From positions 5,642,001 to 5,706,000 of the forward strand of contig CM035350.1 of the NCBI GenBank assembly GCA_020137815.1: DNA of 64,000 nucleotides, read 5' to 3'. This document shows positions 1 through 13,992 of the stretch, piece after piece (positions within the stretch are counted from its first letter, which is position 1; each line of letters opens with the position of its first letter). The stretch is from Hormiphora californensis (Eukaryota; Animalia; Ctenophora). The notes below the pieces were generated by a model. The model had not been told where the DNA came from, ran no database searches, and worked only from the letters and a program-made list of their open reading frames with translations. The position numbers were made by a program, and so were the translations under genes.

Positions 1-319
1 CTTGGAGCCCTACAAATATTAACACCACGCACCGGTTTAGAGGCTGCCTACGTACTGAAAACTATCACCCACTACAAAACTAGGGCATATATACCATTTG
101 TAAACGGGGGTTTAGAACACACTGCTAAACATGACCATCTCTCACCTAATCTTCTTTCTTCGTCTAGAGGCAGAGAGGCTAAGATAGAGGGATATAACAC
201 AAGTGGCTACGTTCCCCAGCCTGGACTCACCTAGCTCACTGATCTCTCATGTCTGCAGATGGTGGCGGTTACCCTCCCTGTGCGAGACCAGTGGTTTCTC
301 CATGGCTGGGAATAGGGGA

Positions 320-3300
320 TTTTGGGTGTGTGGTTTTGGGGGTTTTAAAAAAGAAGGAAAGGGTCCAAAAATTTTTTTATTTTATTCTCTATTGGGGTCT
401 TACCCTCTATAAACCCCTTCTCTTCTCCCCCCCCCCATTTTTTGCTTCTTGGTTTTTTTTTTTTTTTGTTTTTTAATTGGGGTTTACCCAGTTTAAAAAC
501 CCATGTTAGAATTGCCACTAAAAAAAAAAAACCCTTCTCGTCCCCATTTTTCCTATCTTTCCCCGCTTTAATCCCCCTTCCAAAAAATTCTTTCCCCTAC
601 TTTTTTCCCTTTTGGTTTTTTTCCCCTTGTTTCCTTTTCTTCCTTTAACCCAAGTGTTTGTTTTTCCCTTTTTTGTTTTTTTCCCCTTTGGCCCCCTTGC
701 AAACCGGGGGTTTTTTCTTTCCTTTTAAAATCCAATTTTGGGGGAAAACCCCTTTTCTTTTAATTTTTTGTACCCTCCACGGTTTTCCCCCCGGAATTTT
801 TTTTTTCCCCCCCCCCCGGTTCCTTTCCCCATTTTTTCCCTTTTTCCTGCCCCGATTTGTTTGGGGGTGCTTCTTTGCCCGTTACCCCTTCTTGCCTCTC
901 CCTTTTCTCCACTCCTCCTGCCCCTTCCCCCTTCTTTTCATCGCTTTGGGGGCCTTTGGGGGTTCTTTCTGGTCTCTCCCTCTCTCTCTCTCTCTCCCTC
1001 TTCTCTCTCTCCTTCCCCCTCCTCTCTCTCTCTCTCTTTTCCCTCTCTCCCCTCCGGTTCTCCCCCCTCCTTCTCTCTCTCCCCCCTCTCCCCTCTCTTC
1101 TCTCTCCCTTTTCTCTCCTCTCTCCCCCTCACCATGGCTAATAACCTTTTTATCCCCCTCCCCCCCCGGGTTTTTTAAAAACAATTGTATGGAAAAATTT
1201 CAAATAAACAACAGCACATATCCTTTCACGATAATCATCATCTTTTCTCTTCCCTCGCTCTTTCTCTCTCTCTATCTCCCTAAAAAGATGAAGACAATAC
1301 ACTGAGCTGTTCTTGAGGGCCGGGTTTAACGCTTCCCCCCCAAAGGAACTCGATCCGGGGGAAAAAAGACATAAACGAAGGAAAAAATAAGAGAAAGAGA
1401 GAGAGAGAGGGAAAGAGAGAAATAGAGAGAGAGAGGGGAAGGTTTTAAAAAGCATCAAAAAAAAGGGTTCCCCCTTAAAAGGGCGGATCCACGTGGTCCC
1501 CCCGTTAAAAAAACCAAACCGGGACACCCAACCCCAAAAACCCGTTAAAAAACGGGGTTTCTCTGGGAAAAAACTTTTTTAAAATTTTTTGGGGTCTAAA
1601 TCCTTTTTTAAAAAAACAAAAAAAAAAAAGTTTCCCACCCCCGAAACCAGGCAAATCACTCCTCTACTATTTTGTACCCCCCCTTTCTTCCTCTCTCTCT
1701 CCCCCCCCCGTTTCTTTTCCTCTCTTTTTGCCCTTTGGAGAAGCACACTCCCCTCTCCACCGCAAAAAAATCCCCATAATCCCCCTAGGGAAATTTTGAG
1801 GTTTTTGGGGGGGGGAGATAGTTAGCTGGAGCAAGGTGAGGGAGGTAGAGAGCTGGAGAACGGGTAGGGGCAAATAAATCTTAAGCTCCCCCTGTGGTCT
1901 GCTTGCCCCCTTGTTTTGTAGTATAAATTCAAAGTATCCACCTCTCCAGTTCGGAGCGGCTTTGTATTGTTATAACTATCGTCAGCTAGTCTCCGTGAGC
2001 CCTATGCCCTGTTGAAAGCCACTGCACTGTACCACCTTGAAGAGATTTATTTGTTGTATCATCGGAGAACTAGTCATCACCAGCCTCTCATAGTTACCTC
2101 ATGGGATAGTTAGCAATGAGAAGCTCCTGATAGACTCGGATTTAAATAAATTCCCAGATCTTCAATATATATTAAGCTGATAAATTCTCCTCTGTTTGTT
2201 CCTGATCGGCATGTGCACTGCATCATCCACTAGGATGTGCACTATACGAGGGGGCAGCCTGGCCAGTCTTTCTCGATAAAGCTGGTGGTGCGTTTTGATC
2301 AGAGAGCAGTCTTTTCAAGATTTACCAGCACCAATTGTCTGGGTCTGAGTTGTTCTTGTTGTTCTCAACAGCTCTATACGCCACCATCTGCTGTTGAAAC
2401 TTGGTCAGAGAGAAGCGCACCCTTCTCTCAAGGTGGGGGAGAAGGATTAAGGCGTAAATCGTGCGAATTAGTGGGACTGATTTAAAATGATCAAGGTGAC
2501 AAACACAACACAGTTCGGCCAGGGGGACAGTTAGTGGTAACCCAGCTGGTTAAAACGGGGGAGAGAGAGAGATAGTGGGGAGAGGGAGAGAGAGGGGAAG
2601 AGGGTGAGAGAATGAGCACAATTGGCTCCCTAATCTTCTAAAGTTGATTTTGACCGGCGCGTGGGAACGTGTCTAAAGATTGTTGGCCAATAGGGGTAAA
2701 TGTGTCAGTGCCACAATTTTAGTTTGTTAGTTGTTACTGTACAGTTACACCTTTGCTTTTTTACTTATATCGAATTTTCTGTTTATTTACTAAAAGTTTA
2801 GTACTAGCTCAACAATATCCCACCTAATCTAGATCAAGAAATAAGGGTCGTTCATTTTCTGAAACTAGTTTTCCCCCCTACCCTCTCACTTAACTCCAAG
2901 GTAAAAAAAATTTGGAGAGAAAAAGGAGTGTGGAGAGAAAAAAGGGGGAAGGAGAAAAAGAAAGGGGAAAATTGGTTGGGGGGTTTTTCCCTTTTTTGGG
3001 GGAAAAAGAAAGTTTTGGTTAACCCCTCTCTATATAAAATTCTTCTCTCTTTTCTCTTCCTTTTCATGATGCCTGGCCTGGCTGTTACCAGAAAGGGGGG
3101 TACGTCACCTTTTATTTTGCCCATTTTTTTGCCCCTTTTTGCCCCAGGGCAACCAAAATTCAAAAAGGTATAAGGGGGGTTAAAGGGGGGAAAAAAAAGT
3201 GGAAAAAATTTTTAAAACAAAAAAAAAAACTTTCCCAAAAACCCCTCTGTGGCAATGTTTTTTCCCTCCAATTTCTTCCAAAGGTCCCCTCTATCGTTCC

Positions 3301-4050
3301 AACCGAAAATTTAAATGTCTTACTTAGACTTAGGGTTGATAAGGGTCCATTCCGCGGACAAAAATGGGCAAAAAAAATTTTTCAAAAATTTGGCAAAGGC
3401 CATGTTTTTCGCATTTTGGGGCTATTTTTGGGAAATGATACATAACAAAGGTTTTTTCCCCTTGCATTTTACTCCAATAGGGTCCCCCAAAAAACCAAAA
3501 AAATTTTCCCCTCCAACCATTGAGAAACGTCCAAATGACCAATTTTCCCCAATTTTTCCAACAATTTTGTCCATTTTCCCGTTGGATTGGGGCCTTATCA
3601 ACCTGACAAAAAATTATCGGTTTTTGGAAAATAGGGGGGGGCCCCTAGAGGACATGGTGGTGAAAAAACCCTTTTTCAAAAGACGATTACCTGGGTTATA
3701 GCAATTTTTTTTTATGGGTTTAAATTTTTTGCCTACTTTTTCCTACTTTTGCCCACTTTTTTTCCCCTTTTGCCCCTGGGGCAAATTTAAAAATTTTAAA
3801 ATAATTGGGGGATGGCAAAAAAAGGTACGTACCCCCCATTGTAACCCATGGCGTAAAATACAGCCTGGCATATAAAGAGGGTTTTCTGGAGAGGTTCGGA
3901 TGTGTTTAATTAACCAAACTTTTCCCTATCAGATTATTTCTTCTTTTAAAAATGGGGAGTGGTTAAAGGGAAGCAAATGGGAAGGATTTGAAAATCTTTC
4001 AATGAATTTTGTTCGGGTCATTGGGGGTTTTATTTTAAGGTTTTTTGCAG
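320..4050. other. Largely low-quality, homopolymer-inflated sequence
   Basis: Long alternating A/T/G/C runs (e.g. 430-900, 1400-1820, 2900-3830). ORFs here are F/P/K/G low-complexity artefacts. Confidence 0.75.
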
Positions 4051-4224
4051 CTTGGGATAAGATAGGAAGGGAGAGATAGAGAGGAAGAGAGACGAACAAG
4101 TAGGAAGATTGGTTGGATGCTCGAGACAAAAAAGGGGATCAAGGGTTGGGGAGAGACTAAGGGTCAGAAGAGAGAGAAAAAAAAAAAAGAAATAGAAGGG
4201 GAAAAGGGAAAAAAAAAAAGATAT

Positions 4225-4231
4225 AGAGAGG

Positions 4232-4279
<48 letters not shown>

Positions 4280-4282
4280 GGA

Positions 4283-4330
<48 letters not shown>

Positions 4331-4332
4331 GA

Positions 4333-4374
<42 letters not shown>

Positions 4375-4470
4375 TAAGAGATATAGTACTTGTAGTAGGA
4401 AAGAAGGGGTTTGACGATCGAGAGGAACATCTGCACGTTACTTTCATTGGAAATGACACTGATATCCCAT

Positions 4471-4507
<37 letters not shown>

Positions 4508-4680
4508 CTCTCTTCTATCTCGTCTCTCTCTCTCTCAAATCTCTATCTTCCTCTCTCGCATCTCTCGTCCTCACCTCTCTCTCTCCTCTCTCCCTCTCTC
4601 TCTCTCTCTCTCTTCCATCTCTCGTCTCTCTCTCTCTCTTCTCGCTCCTCTCTCTCTCTCTCCCTCTCTCTCTCCCTCGC
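4225..4680. repeat. (GA)n block followed by (CT)n block
   Basis: (GA)n ~4225-4375, then (CT)n ~4473-4680, just upstream of the NOL4-like A exon at 4787. Confidence 0.9.
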
Positions 4681-4786
4681 TCAAGTGTCGGACAACCGGC
4701 ACAATCATATGTTCACTAGACCGTAACCAGACTTGCAACTCTAACTATCACTCTAACTATCACTCTAACCATCACTCTACCCACAG

Positions 4787-7700
4787 AGGTACGTGCGTCA
4801 ACTGGTGGACCAGTACCTAGATAAGGAAATTGTGATAAGCAAGCAGCCAGAGGACAAAGTGGAGCTGATCGTTCAGGCGTGCAGGGAACGTTTCCCAGAG
4901 TATGCCCACTGGACAACCACTCGTATCAGGTACTTCAGCACCCTACAGAATATGATGATCCATCCATGATCACGTCCTTACCCTACAAGAATATTGTTTT
5001 AGTCTCATTGATCAATTTGATATCCACTATCTAATAGTAAAACCCTTAGGATTTATATCGAGTCATGTCGCCGATTAAAGAAGATCAAGGGTTCACCCAT
5101 TCTTCTGGCAAAGAGGAAAGCTGCTGGTCGCCGGTTTAGGGAGGGGCAAAGATTGAAGAAAATGGTAAGACCCGACCGTCCCAGCTCTTACTCTTTGCTC
5201 ACCGATCTTGACAATAGATTTGTTGTAATTGTGAGAGAGAGAGAGAGGGATAGAGAAAAACGGCCCCCATGATAATGAATCGTATAGAATTAGAGTCTGA
5301 CTATTGGGGCACGTTTTTAGGAGTGGACCATTGTTTTACAGGTCTCCCTCTCTCTCTCCCCCTCCCCCTTAGGTAATCCAATACAACTAACTAGACCCCC
5401 TCCCACTCACCCATCAATAAAAGTGATCAGCATCGTACTACATAATAGGATCCCCTTCATTGTCAAGAGCTAATAGTCCTCTCTCTATCTCTCTCTATCT
5501 TTTTTATTATTTGGAATACACCTGGGAGAGAGAGAGAGAGAGAGAGAGAGGCGAGAGAGATGATCGCTAAGAGAGAGAGGAGAGATGAGATGAGAGAGGA
5601 TTAGAGAGGGAGCTCGATCTCTGAGAGCGCTCTCTCTCTAATTCTGATATGCTCTTGATATTGTAGGTGTAACACTCATCAGCAATTTGTGTTAACACGA
5701 TCCCGCATTCTCTTCATCATCATTCTCTCTCCAACTGCTCTTTGTAAAAAACCTGCACAACCCTCTATCACCACCCGAGGGGTTAAAGCATTGTCCACCC
5801 ACGTGGACCTTCTCATACTACTCCCTGTAGCTTAATAGTGAAATGCTCTATAGACTCCCCCGGCCCCCCATGCTCTTGTGAAATTTACCTCCCTCTGGCT
5901 CGATATGTAAAATGCTCTATAGATCGAGGTAGAGGAGTAAAATTGTAGAGGAGTGAGTTGTCCTTCACACACAGAGACAATTTCTCACGGTGATCACATG
6001 TCCCTCACAATCATATCCGTGCTATTGTTCAGGTCGGTGAGAAAATAAAATCTGACATCCCCCTTCTCCCCCCTAGTTGACATCGCAGCTGTCAGTTCAG
6101 TCGAATGAGTCCCACCGGCAACTTGCGGAATACCTCCTTAAAGGAACCACCTCTCCTCCCCCTCCTCCTCTCAAGTCTACAATTCCTTCCCCAGGTATAT
6201 ACACGTGATATTATTTCAGACACGTGTGATATGCTGTTCCTTGCTTTACCCACCGAGATACCAAGAATAGAAATATATCGCCTCTCTCATGGAATAGAGA
6301 AACAATATTTGTTCATATTTTAATTGACCCTGGCCATTATATAAAACTTGTAGCACTATTATATACCCGTCTTCAAGGCGACCAGGGGGGTTCCGATCGG
6401 AAAATGGTGGCCTTCTATTATGTTTTTCCTACAACAATTACTTAGGGCTAGAGATATTATGCCAGACCCCTTTATTCCACGGTGCCTTCAGAAGGCAGAG
6501 GGCAATTCACAACATCTACCCCTAACTGATGCCCTATAAGTCTTATTGTCATTCGGTTTATCCTAAACAATAGACAAAACGAACCAGAGAGACGCCTTCG
6601 AGTTGATCTTTTGTTAAAAACAAGCTTTATCAACGCTTAGTGACAAAACGGGCAGCCGTTTTGTAATCCCTTGACCTCTCCCTTTTTGTGTTAGACCGAG
6701 AAATAAAGAGATAGAGAGGGAGAGAGAGATAGAGTTTTAAAAAAGCGACGTGGTGTAGCACAATTCCGGACAACAAAGAGACCACGAGAGGACAGCGTAG
6801 GAAACCTTACTTCCGTGTATACGCGCGGACAAAAGCGGCTATTTTTCATGACTTTTTGTCATTTCGTGGGGACGAATCCCAGCAAAACAAGAGAGAGAGA
6901 GAGAGGGTACCACGTGACATTAAAGGCGTGTAGCTCACAAAGAACATACATGTAGTAGAACAAGGTGGCAGTGGCACGTGAACACAAGACATTTACTACA
7001 AAGACACTTTCCGGAATATAAATGTCCCTCTCGAGGGCTTCTAAAAAGAAAAATTGTTAACCCAACTGAACCCTTTCAGTTACAATGATATCCAGCGGTG
7101 TGACGGGTATGGACACATCAGAGAGCCCAGTGAAAAGTGAACCTGAGCTACCGATCATTAGTGAGGCAATGCAGATATGTGGCCCTCTCACCCAGATATC
7201 ACCCGTCAGTTCTGGGTCTCCCCCCTTGGTTACTTCTCTTCCAATGTTCGTCAATTCTCTACCCAACCTGACCCCTGCAGTAAGTTAATTGCGTTAAATA
7301 ATTGGTTGCTTTGCTCGACCCTGTGCCCTGCGCCCCATAAAATGGGTTTGAACAAACCAGTTAATCGGTGCACCAGTTAATCGGCACCAGTGCAGTTTAT
7401 CGGCACCCTTTTAATGTGTTCCCGACATGATCAGTACTCTTATTCAATGTAAACTAACTTCAATTCCCCCTGCAGGTAATTGGTAGTATGATGCAGTTAC
7501 AGAACTCCCTGACTAGCCCACCAAGCCTTCTGGCGAGCAGTCCTCCACCGGTGTTAACCAGTTGCAGCCCACCCCTTACTGGCTCACCCCTGCAACCACT
7601 AAAGATATCACCCCTCCGGCCTACCATCACCCTCCCCGAGTCACCCACATCCATGATCCTATCTCAGGTACAAACACATAACACACAATAACTTGTTATA

Positions 7701-8137
7701 TTTGAATTTTAAAACTCTAATTTTAAGGCCCTATACAACTTATAATAGACTCTAACCACCACCAATTGCCACAGGTCGATACCACCTGCACAGCAGGAAC
7801 ACAAAACGCAACTACCACGAGGAGCCCATCACTCAGTCCCAAGCAGAAAAGTTTCCAAATAGACTCGCTAATTATGAAGTGCGATAAAAAGAAGACATCT
7901 CCTCCGATAATCACCTCCAACCCCAGTCCTATTCCTCCTCCTACGATCAGTTTCAACAGTTCCATCGCTCCCCAGATCCTTGACCAGCCGATCTTTAGCT
8001 CCGGACAGGAGATGAGCATGTCGGAGATCGTGAATGCCAAGACTCTGGTGACGAGCTACCGGGAGGCAGCCAACTTTCTTTACCGAGCTGCTAGCGAGCT
8101 CGAACAACTCCTACCCACCAACCATAGAGTCTTCTGA
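4787..8137 (+). CDS. NOL4: Nucleolar protein 4-like (NOL4/NOL4L family), paralogue A; first exon not resolved
   Basis: Exons ~4787-4929 (RYVRQLVDQYLDKEIVISKQPEDKVELIVQACRERFPEY), 5050-5164 (IYIESCRRLKK), 6077-6194, 7080-7279, 7476-7667, ~7727-8137 (SEIVNAKTLVTSYREAANFLYRAASELEQLL). These resemble the NOL4 motifs [24 protein letters not shown] and [20 protein letters not shown]. GT-AG junctions. Confidence 0.8.
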
Positions 8138-8703
8138 GGAGGAATGAAATGGAGATACTGACGACAAATCCAGCAACACATTGCAGAAGCAGGTTGACCA
8201 AGTGCAGGCTGACCAAGTTATACAGCAGATATATCAGAGACAGTATTTTAGAGTTTACGCCATAGTGCATGGGGTATTAGCAGCGTAAATAACATTTCCG
8301 TATTTGTATATTTTGAGTGACAAAGATCAACACAATTTTATTCATTTTGATCTAGATCTGTCTTATATCTGCGAGTTCATATTAAAAACAAGGTTTGTTA
8401 ATTCATAACTTGAAGTGATCCTTTTGACAGCCATAAGAATATAAGGAACCTTCGCACTTTTAATTTCTCAAGGGCACAACGTCATGCAAGTTCGCAGTTT
8501 ATTTGTGGAATTCCCACTATTGCAATTATGAGGAAGGGCTGAGATAGACAGGTCACGACAGGTATCGTAATACGAAATATGAAAAACTCGCGATGGAACC
8601 GCTTTCGTAAGACTCTTACTAAGAGGTTTATGATTATAATATGGGGTAGCGGGCAGCGGATAACGCACGAAAATCAAAAGTTCAATCAAGCATCGTTTCC
8701 CCC

Positions 8704-8894
8704 ACTGACAAGTTAATGAAAATCCTCCTGGACCCCCTATCATCTTATATATAAGATGATAGGGGGTCCAGGAGGATTTTCATTAACTTTTCATTAACTT
8801 GTCAGTCAAAACTCTAATGCTATGATTTGAAACTACAGTTTAATGATATATATATCATTAAACTGTAGTTTCAAATCATAGCATTAGAGTTTGA
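8704..8894. repeat. Two abutting near-perfect palindromes with (TA)n centres
   Basis: 8704-8806 actgacaagttaatg...ttatatataa...cattaacttgtcagt, and 8806-8894 tcaaaactctaatgc...gatatatatatc...gcattagagtttga. Confidence 0.9.
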
Positions 8895-8949
8895 AGGTTA
8901 AAATTTTAATCTGAGTGGATAATAGATTTTCAAGTGCTCCGTTACATGT

Positions 8950-11500
8950 ACTTGGAAAAAAAGAAGAGTTTTTTTTCCCCCCCCTCCAAAAATAAAAAAA
9001 AAAGTGGTTATTAATAAATACCCCCCCTTTTTAAGTTTCTTCCAGAAAGTTTTTTAAAAAAATTTTTTTTGGGGGGGTTTCTTTTTTTCCTTTTCAAATA
9101 TAAATACCCTTTAAAGCGGCATTGTTTTTCTTTACAAGAAAGTTTAAAATAAAACCTGGGAAATTTTTTAAAAAAATTTTTTCCCTTAAATTTTTAATTT
9201 CAATTTCTTAAAATTAAATCTTAAAAAATAAATTTCCCCCATCCCTAATTAATTTTAAAAAAATCCCAGGGGTTTAAAAAATTTTGTTTTTTTTTCCCAA
9301 ATTCTTTTATTCTTTTTAAAAAAATTTTATTCATCCCCCCGGGGGTTTTTTTTTTTTCCTTTTTTTAATTTAAAAAATTTTTTAAAAAAGGGAATTTTTT
9401 AAAAAATTTTTTAAAAAAACCTTTTTAAAAAAGGGAGGGGGGAAAAAAAATTTTTTTTTCTCTTTTTAAAAAAATTTTCCCCTTAAAATTTAAATTTTTT
9501 TTGATAAAATTTTTTAAAAAAAGAATAATGTTTTTCCCCTTTTTCCCTTTTTTTGGGGGGTTTTTTTCCTTTTTTTTGGGGGAAAAAATTTTTTGGGGAA
9601 AAAAAAGGGAAAAAGGGGTTTTTTTTTTTTTAAACTTCTTTTTTCTTCTTTATATTTTTCTCTTTTTGCTTTTTAATTTTTTTTTCCCTTTTTTGGGGGG
9701 GGGTTTTGGGGGGTTTTCCATCGGGGGTTTTTTCCCCCCCCGGTGGGCCGGGGGGGTTTTGGGGGGGAAAAAAAGGGGGAAAGGGGGGAAAAAAGGGGGG
9801 GTTTGGGGAAGGGAAAAGGGCCCGGGGGGGGGGGGGGAGTGGGGGGGGGGTTTTTTTTTGGGGGGATTTTTGGGGAAAAGGGGGGGCCCCCCCGGGGGGG
9901 AAAAAAAAAAGGGGGATAGACGGGAAAAATTTTTAAAGGGGTTTTTGAAAAGGTAAAAAAAGGGGGGAAAGGAAAAAAAGGGGGGAAAAAAAAGTATTAA
10001 AGGGGAAAAAAGGAAAGGGTCAAAAGGGGTTTTTTCAAAAATTTAAAATTAAACCCCCTTTTGGGCAAGCTTTTTTAAAAAATTTTAAAGATTTTTTTTT
10101 TAACCCCCTAAATTTTTTTCCCCCTTTAACAAAACCCCCTCATAAATTTTTTTTGGGGCCCCCTTAAAAAAACATTTTAAAAGGGAAATTTTTAACAAAA
10201 ATTTTAATTTTTGCCCTTTTTAAAATGGAAAGAAAACAATTTTAAAAAAAAAAGGGGGAAGGGGAAAAGGGGGTTAAACTTGACCGTCCTTCCTTTTACT
10301 TGTTGGGTTTTTTAAAAAAAAATTAAAACCCGTCCCAAAAAATTTTCTTGGGAGGTTTTGGGGTAGGGGGGGGATGGAAAAGGGGGGGGGGCAGTTTAAA
10401 AAATTTGGGTTTTAAACCCCTTTTAAATCCTTTTCGCCGGTTTTTTTGAGGTTTCCGCCCCAAAGGTTTGACTTGAGCCCCACCCCCCCCTTTTTTGGGG
10501 GGGTTTTTGGGCTTCGGGGTTTTTTAACGAAAGGTACCGCGACGGGGAAAGTAGGGGAAAGGGGGCGGAAAAAGGGGAAGGGAAAAAGGGATAGAAAAGG
10601 GGAAAAAGAGGAGAGGAGAGAGAAGAGAGAGTGAAAAAGAAAAAAGGCAAAAGAGAGAGGGGGAGAAAAAAGGGAAAGGGGGAGATAGAGATTATGATAT
10701 GCCGATCAAGGAAGGGGTTTAAATAAAACACACCGTTTGTGCGGAATAAATCCGCTTATTGCGGTGCATTTTTCCCCCCCTAGCATTTCTCTTTTCTTAC
10801 TCTCTTTTTACCTTTCCTTTTTTCCTTCCTTAACCACGCGCCCAAAATTTTTTTGTCCGACTCTACTAATGATATCGTCAGTAAAAACATGTTTTAAATT
10901 TGAACAGCTAGGAACCCCTGCAGGTCAGTCCTTGACCATAAAATTATAATTTTATATGGCTTTATAAATGGTTCATAAAAACAAGGGGCCCCAAACAAAA
11001 ACGGAGAGAAGAAAGAAGGGGTTGTTTAAACTCGACTCGGCGCTACAATTAAAAAAACACGATGGGAGTCCTAAAAAAAAAAAAATTTGTGTCATTTAAA
11101 CCAGCTCCCCGCCGAGCCCCCCAAACATTAAAAAAAACTATATATTATTAGCGGAAAAAAGGGGGGGCTAAAAAAGGGAAGACTGTATACAGTGCTGGTG
11201 CGCCCCCGCTTTGTTTTACTTAAGTCCAGTGGGGCAGCAATTCCTTCTTGATCAAAGGGGGGAAGGAGAGATAAAGATAAAACCTGTATGACCGATCTCT
11301 AATCTTTCTCTTGTGTGGTTTTTTCTAAGGGGGGGGGGAACTTAAAAAGCGCCATGTCCCCCGGCCCCCGGGCCCTTGGTTTAGGCGCCCCCAATATAAC
11401 GTTGCACCCTTCTCCAACATTTAATGACTTTTTATTAATATTGGTCCCCATGTTGTTTTTTTCGCCTTTATAACTCTTATTTTGGGATTTGGGAAGAAAT
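8950..11500. other. Low-quality, homopolymer-inflated sequence
   Basis: Composed almost entirely of runs of A, T, G and C; no credible coding signal. Confidence 0.8.
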
Positions 11501-11911
11501 TTTTTCAATTGACGCGGAGGCTTAAATGTTTCATTTCCCCTTTCTCATCTGTGGCATTAGTAATCCTTATCGGGAAATTGCCCAGAAATGAAGTATAATA
11601 ACCCTTCCCGGGAAAAAATTTAAACTGCCTTGATGTAGGTATAGATGGGCAATTGAAAGTTTTTCCGTTAGATGACTCCTGGATTGGAGTGTCCAAGGCT
11701 AGTAGACACCACTTTCCAAACAAAGCCGCCGTTAAGTTAATGTCTGAGACACCATGGCCAAATAATTTAGCGGAGAGGAATAGAAAGAGAAGAGGCAGGA
11801 GAGAGGAGAGCGAGTGGAAGAGCGGGAGAGAGAGAGGGGAGAGATAGAGAAGGAAGAGGGACCCGAGAGGAGGGGAGAGAGCATGGGAGAGAGCGAAGAA
11901 GGAGGAGAGGA

Positions 11912-11944
<33 letters not shown>

Positions 11945-13133
11945 TGCTATAAAGGGTTGACTGTTCACGACGATTTTAAACCATCCAGGAGAGAGGAGAG
12001 CTCTATAACAGCAGAGCATGAGTCTTTACCACAGGGAGAGGAAGGGTACAAGACTCGGGTAATACAGCAGTATCAGTGACACGCTTGAGATAATCGCCCT
12101 GCAAACAGAATCTATCATATTCTCGACAGCACTATTTATAGTCCTTGGAAAATTTCATTTCATTCATATACCTGCCTCGAAGAAACGATCGCGTTCAAGG
12201 TTGTCTTAACAAGGACAGCATGGCCGTTTTGTTATAGGCGACTGACAAGTTACAACCCTCTGTTTGAAATCGCAACAATAACCCAAAGGCTAAATTCTTA
12301 GAAAGTATCTGACAATTCCTTGAGACCCTTTAGAAGGTGTAATGTGCTCTAACTCTCTCACTTTGATTAACATTTTGCTTTCAATAGGGCCCGTTTGATT
12401 ATTTCCCCGCTTGTCAAAAACCTATTTTCATTAAATATTTAGGACTTTCTTGATTTAGAACGCTTTGCTACCATACCCTTTCAGGGTCTCCTCCTCTGAG
12501 TATATTGCCCTCAGGGTCTACAGCTCACACCTCACGAGACACAATCACACTCCCACTTCCTCCTTGTCTGACCACCACACTACCTGTCAGTCAGGGTGAC
12601 ACGAGACCCAATCACACTATAGAGATCACCTAGTGACGAGATGACATACAGTGCAGCTACAAAGCGACATCATCACCACTTCTATCATTTTACAACTTGG
12701 TACACTTTTCCAACTGCAGTCTACATAACAATACACCTCTCCGGCTCTCAGTCACCCAGCTCGGGTAATTCGTTGCGACACCACATCGCACGTTTTCTTT
12801 TAACTGCATTGTTAGTTTGTCTAATGCATTATAATGGTCTGCCATTTCATCTCTCAGTCAGCCCTCTCGCCTCCTTTCAAAACAACGGGGGGCTCCATTG
12901 AGCCGCGACTATAGTTTCCACATTGGGCCTTTTTCGCGGTTTCTCTGGCCCCTTCATGATCAGTCAACCCTCTAGACTCATTCTTTCTTCGCAGGGGATT
13001 AGAACCGATTAACAGGAACCGAGCAATGACTAAATAACAGAGGCACCTCATGGCACTGTTGCGGTAAAAACCATTGCGAGAGATAGAGAGATAGAGAGAG
13101 AAAGAGAGCAGAGGATAGAGAGAGAGGAAGAGA

Positions 13134-13184
<51 letters not shown>

Positions 13185-13352
13185 TAGAAGAGAGAAGAAG
13201 TAGAGAGAAAGAGAGGGGGAGTGAGTGAGATAGAAAGAGAGGGGAGAGAGTGAGAATAAAAGCTCCTCCTTAAATCGGGCGCCCATACTGCGAACTAATC
13301 CACACGTGTTTCGTGTTGCTGATAATCTCTACTCGCTCACCCAATCCAACTT

Positions 13353-13389
<37 letters not shown>

Positions 13390-13630
13390 CTCTCATTTTA
13401 ATCGTCTTTTCATGTTGTTTGTTGTGTGCCCCACACCGTCAATTTATTTCATATAGTGACCGAGCTCTGTAGGGGTTCATGTTGTTTGTACGAATTATCC
13501 AGCTCCCTTTCTTCATAGTTTATAAACCTTTGGGAAGGAACATTTCGATTAACTCCATTTCGACTTAGTTGACTTTACTTAACTTTACTCAACAAATTTT
13601 ACCTTCCTTATAGCCAAATCTATTATTACA

Positions 13631-13899
13631 ATGCACTCATTCGGATTGGAAGAACGATTGTCAGCTAAGATGTTTGCCAAAGGAATGAAATCCGGAAAGA
13701 ATGAAGACGAGAAATCGTTCAACGTAAGTTTGATTACATATCTATTTTGCTATTCGACCACTTCGCCAACAATTTCTTAGAGAGGTGCCGGGACAAAAAA
13801 CAAAGAGAAAGATTCTCTCTGTTTTGTCTTGGCATTTGTTAATGGCCCCTGTTTTTCAAACGAGTGCCCTCTAAACGATCCCTTCCTGCTGTCACCCCC

Positions 13900-13992
<93 letters not shown>

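Noticed and set aside
3985-4010. Possible exon 1 end of NOL4-like A (gaaaatctttcaatgaa, resembling EKSFN plus donor)
   Set aside because: It lies in corrupted sequence with no intact GT donor or frame; only a hint.
203-4726. Many F/P/L/S- or E/R-rich ORFs
   Set aside because: They are translations of homopolymer noise and (GA)/(CT) microsatellites.
9501-10949. G/K/F-rich ORFs
   Set aside because: Low-quality homopolymer region.
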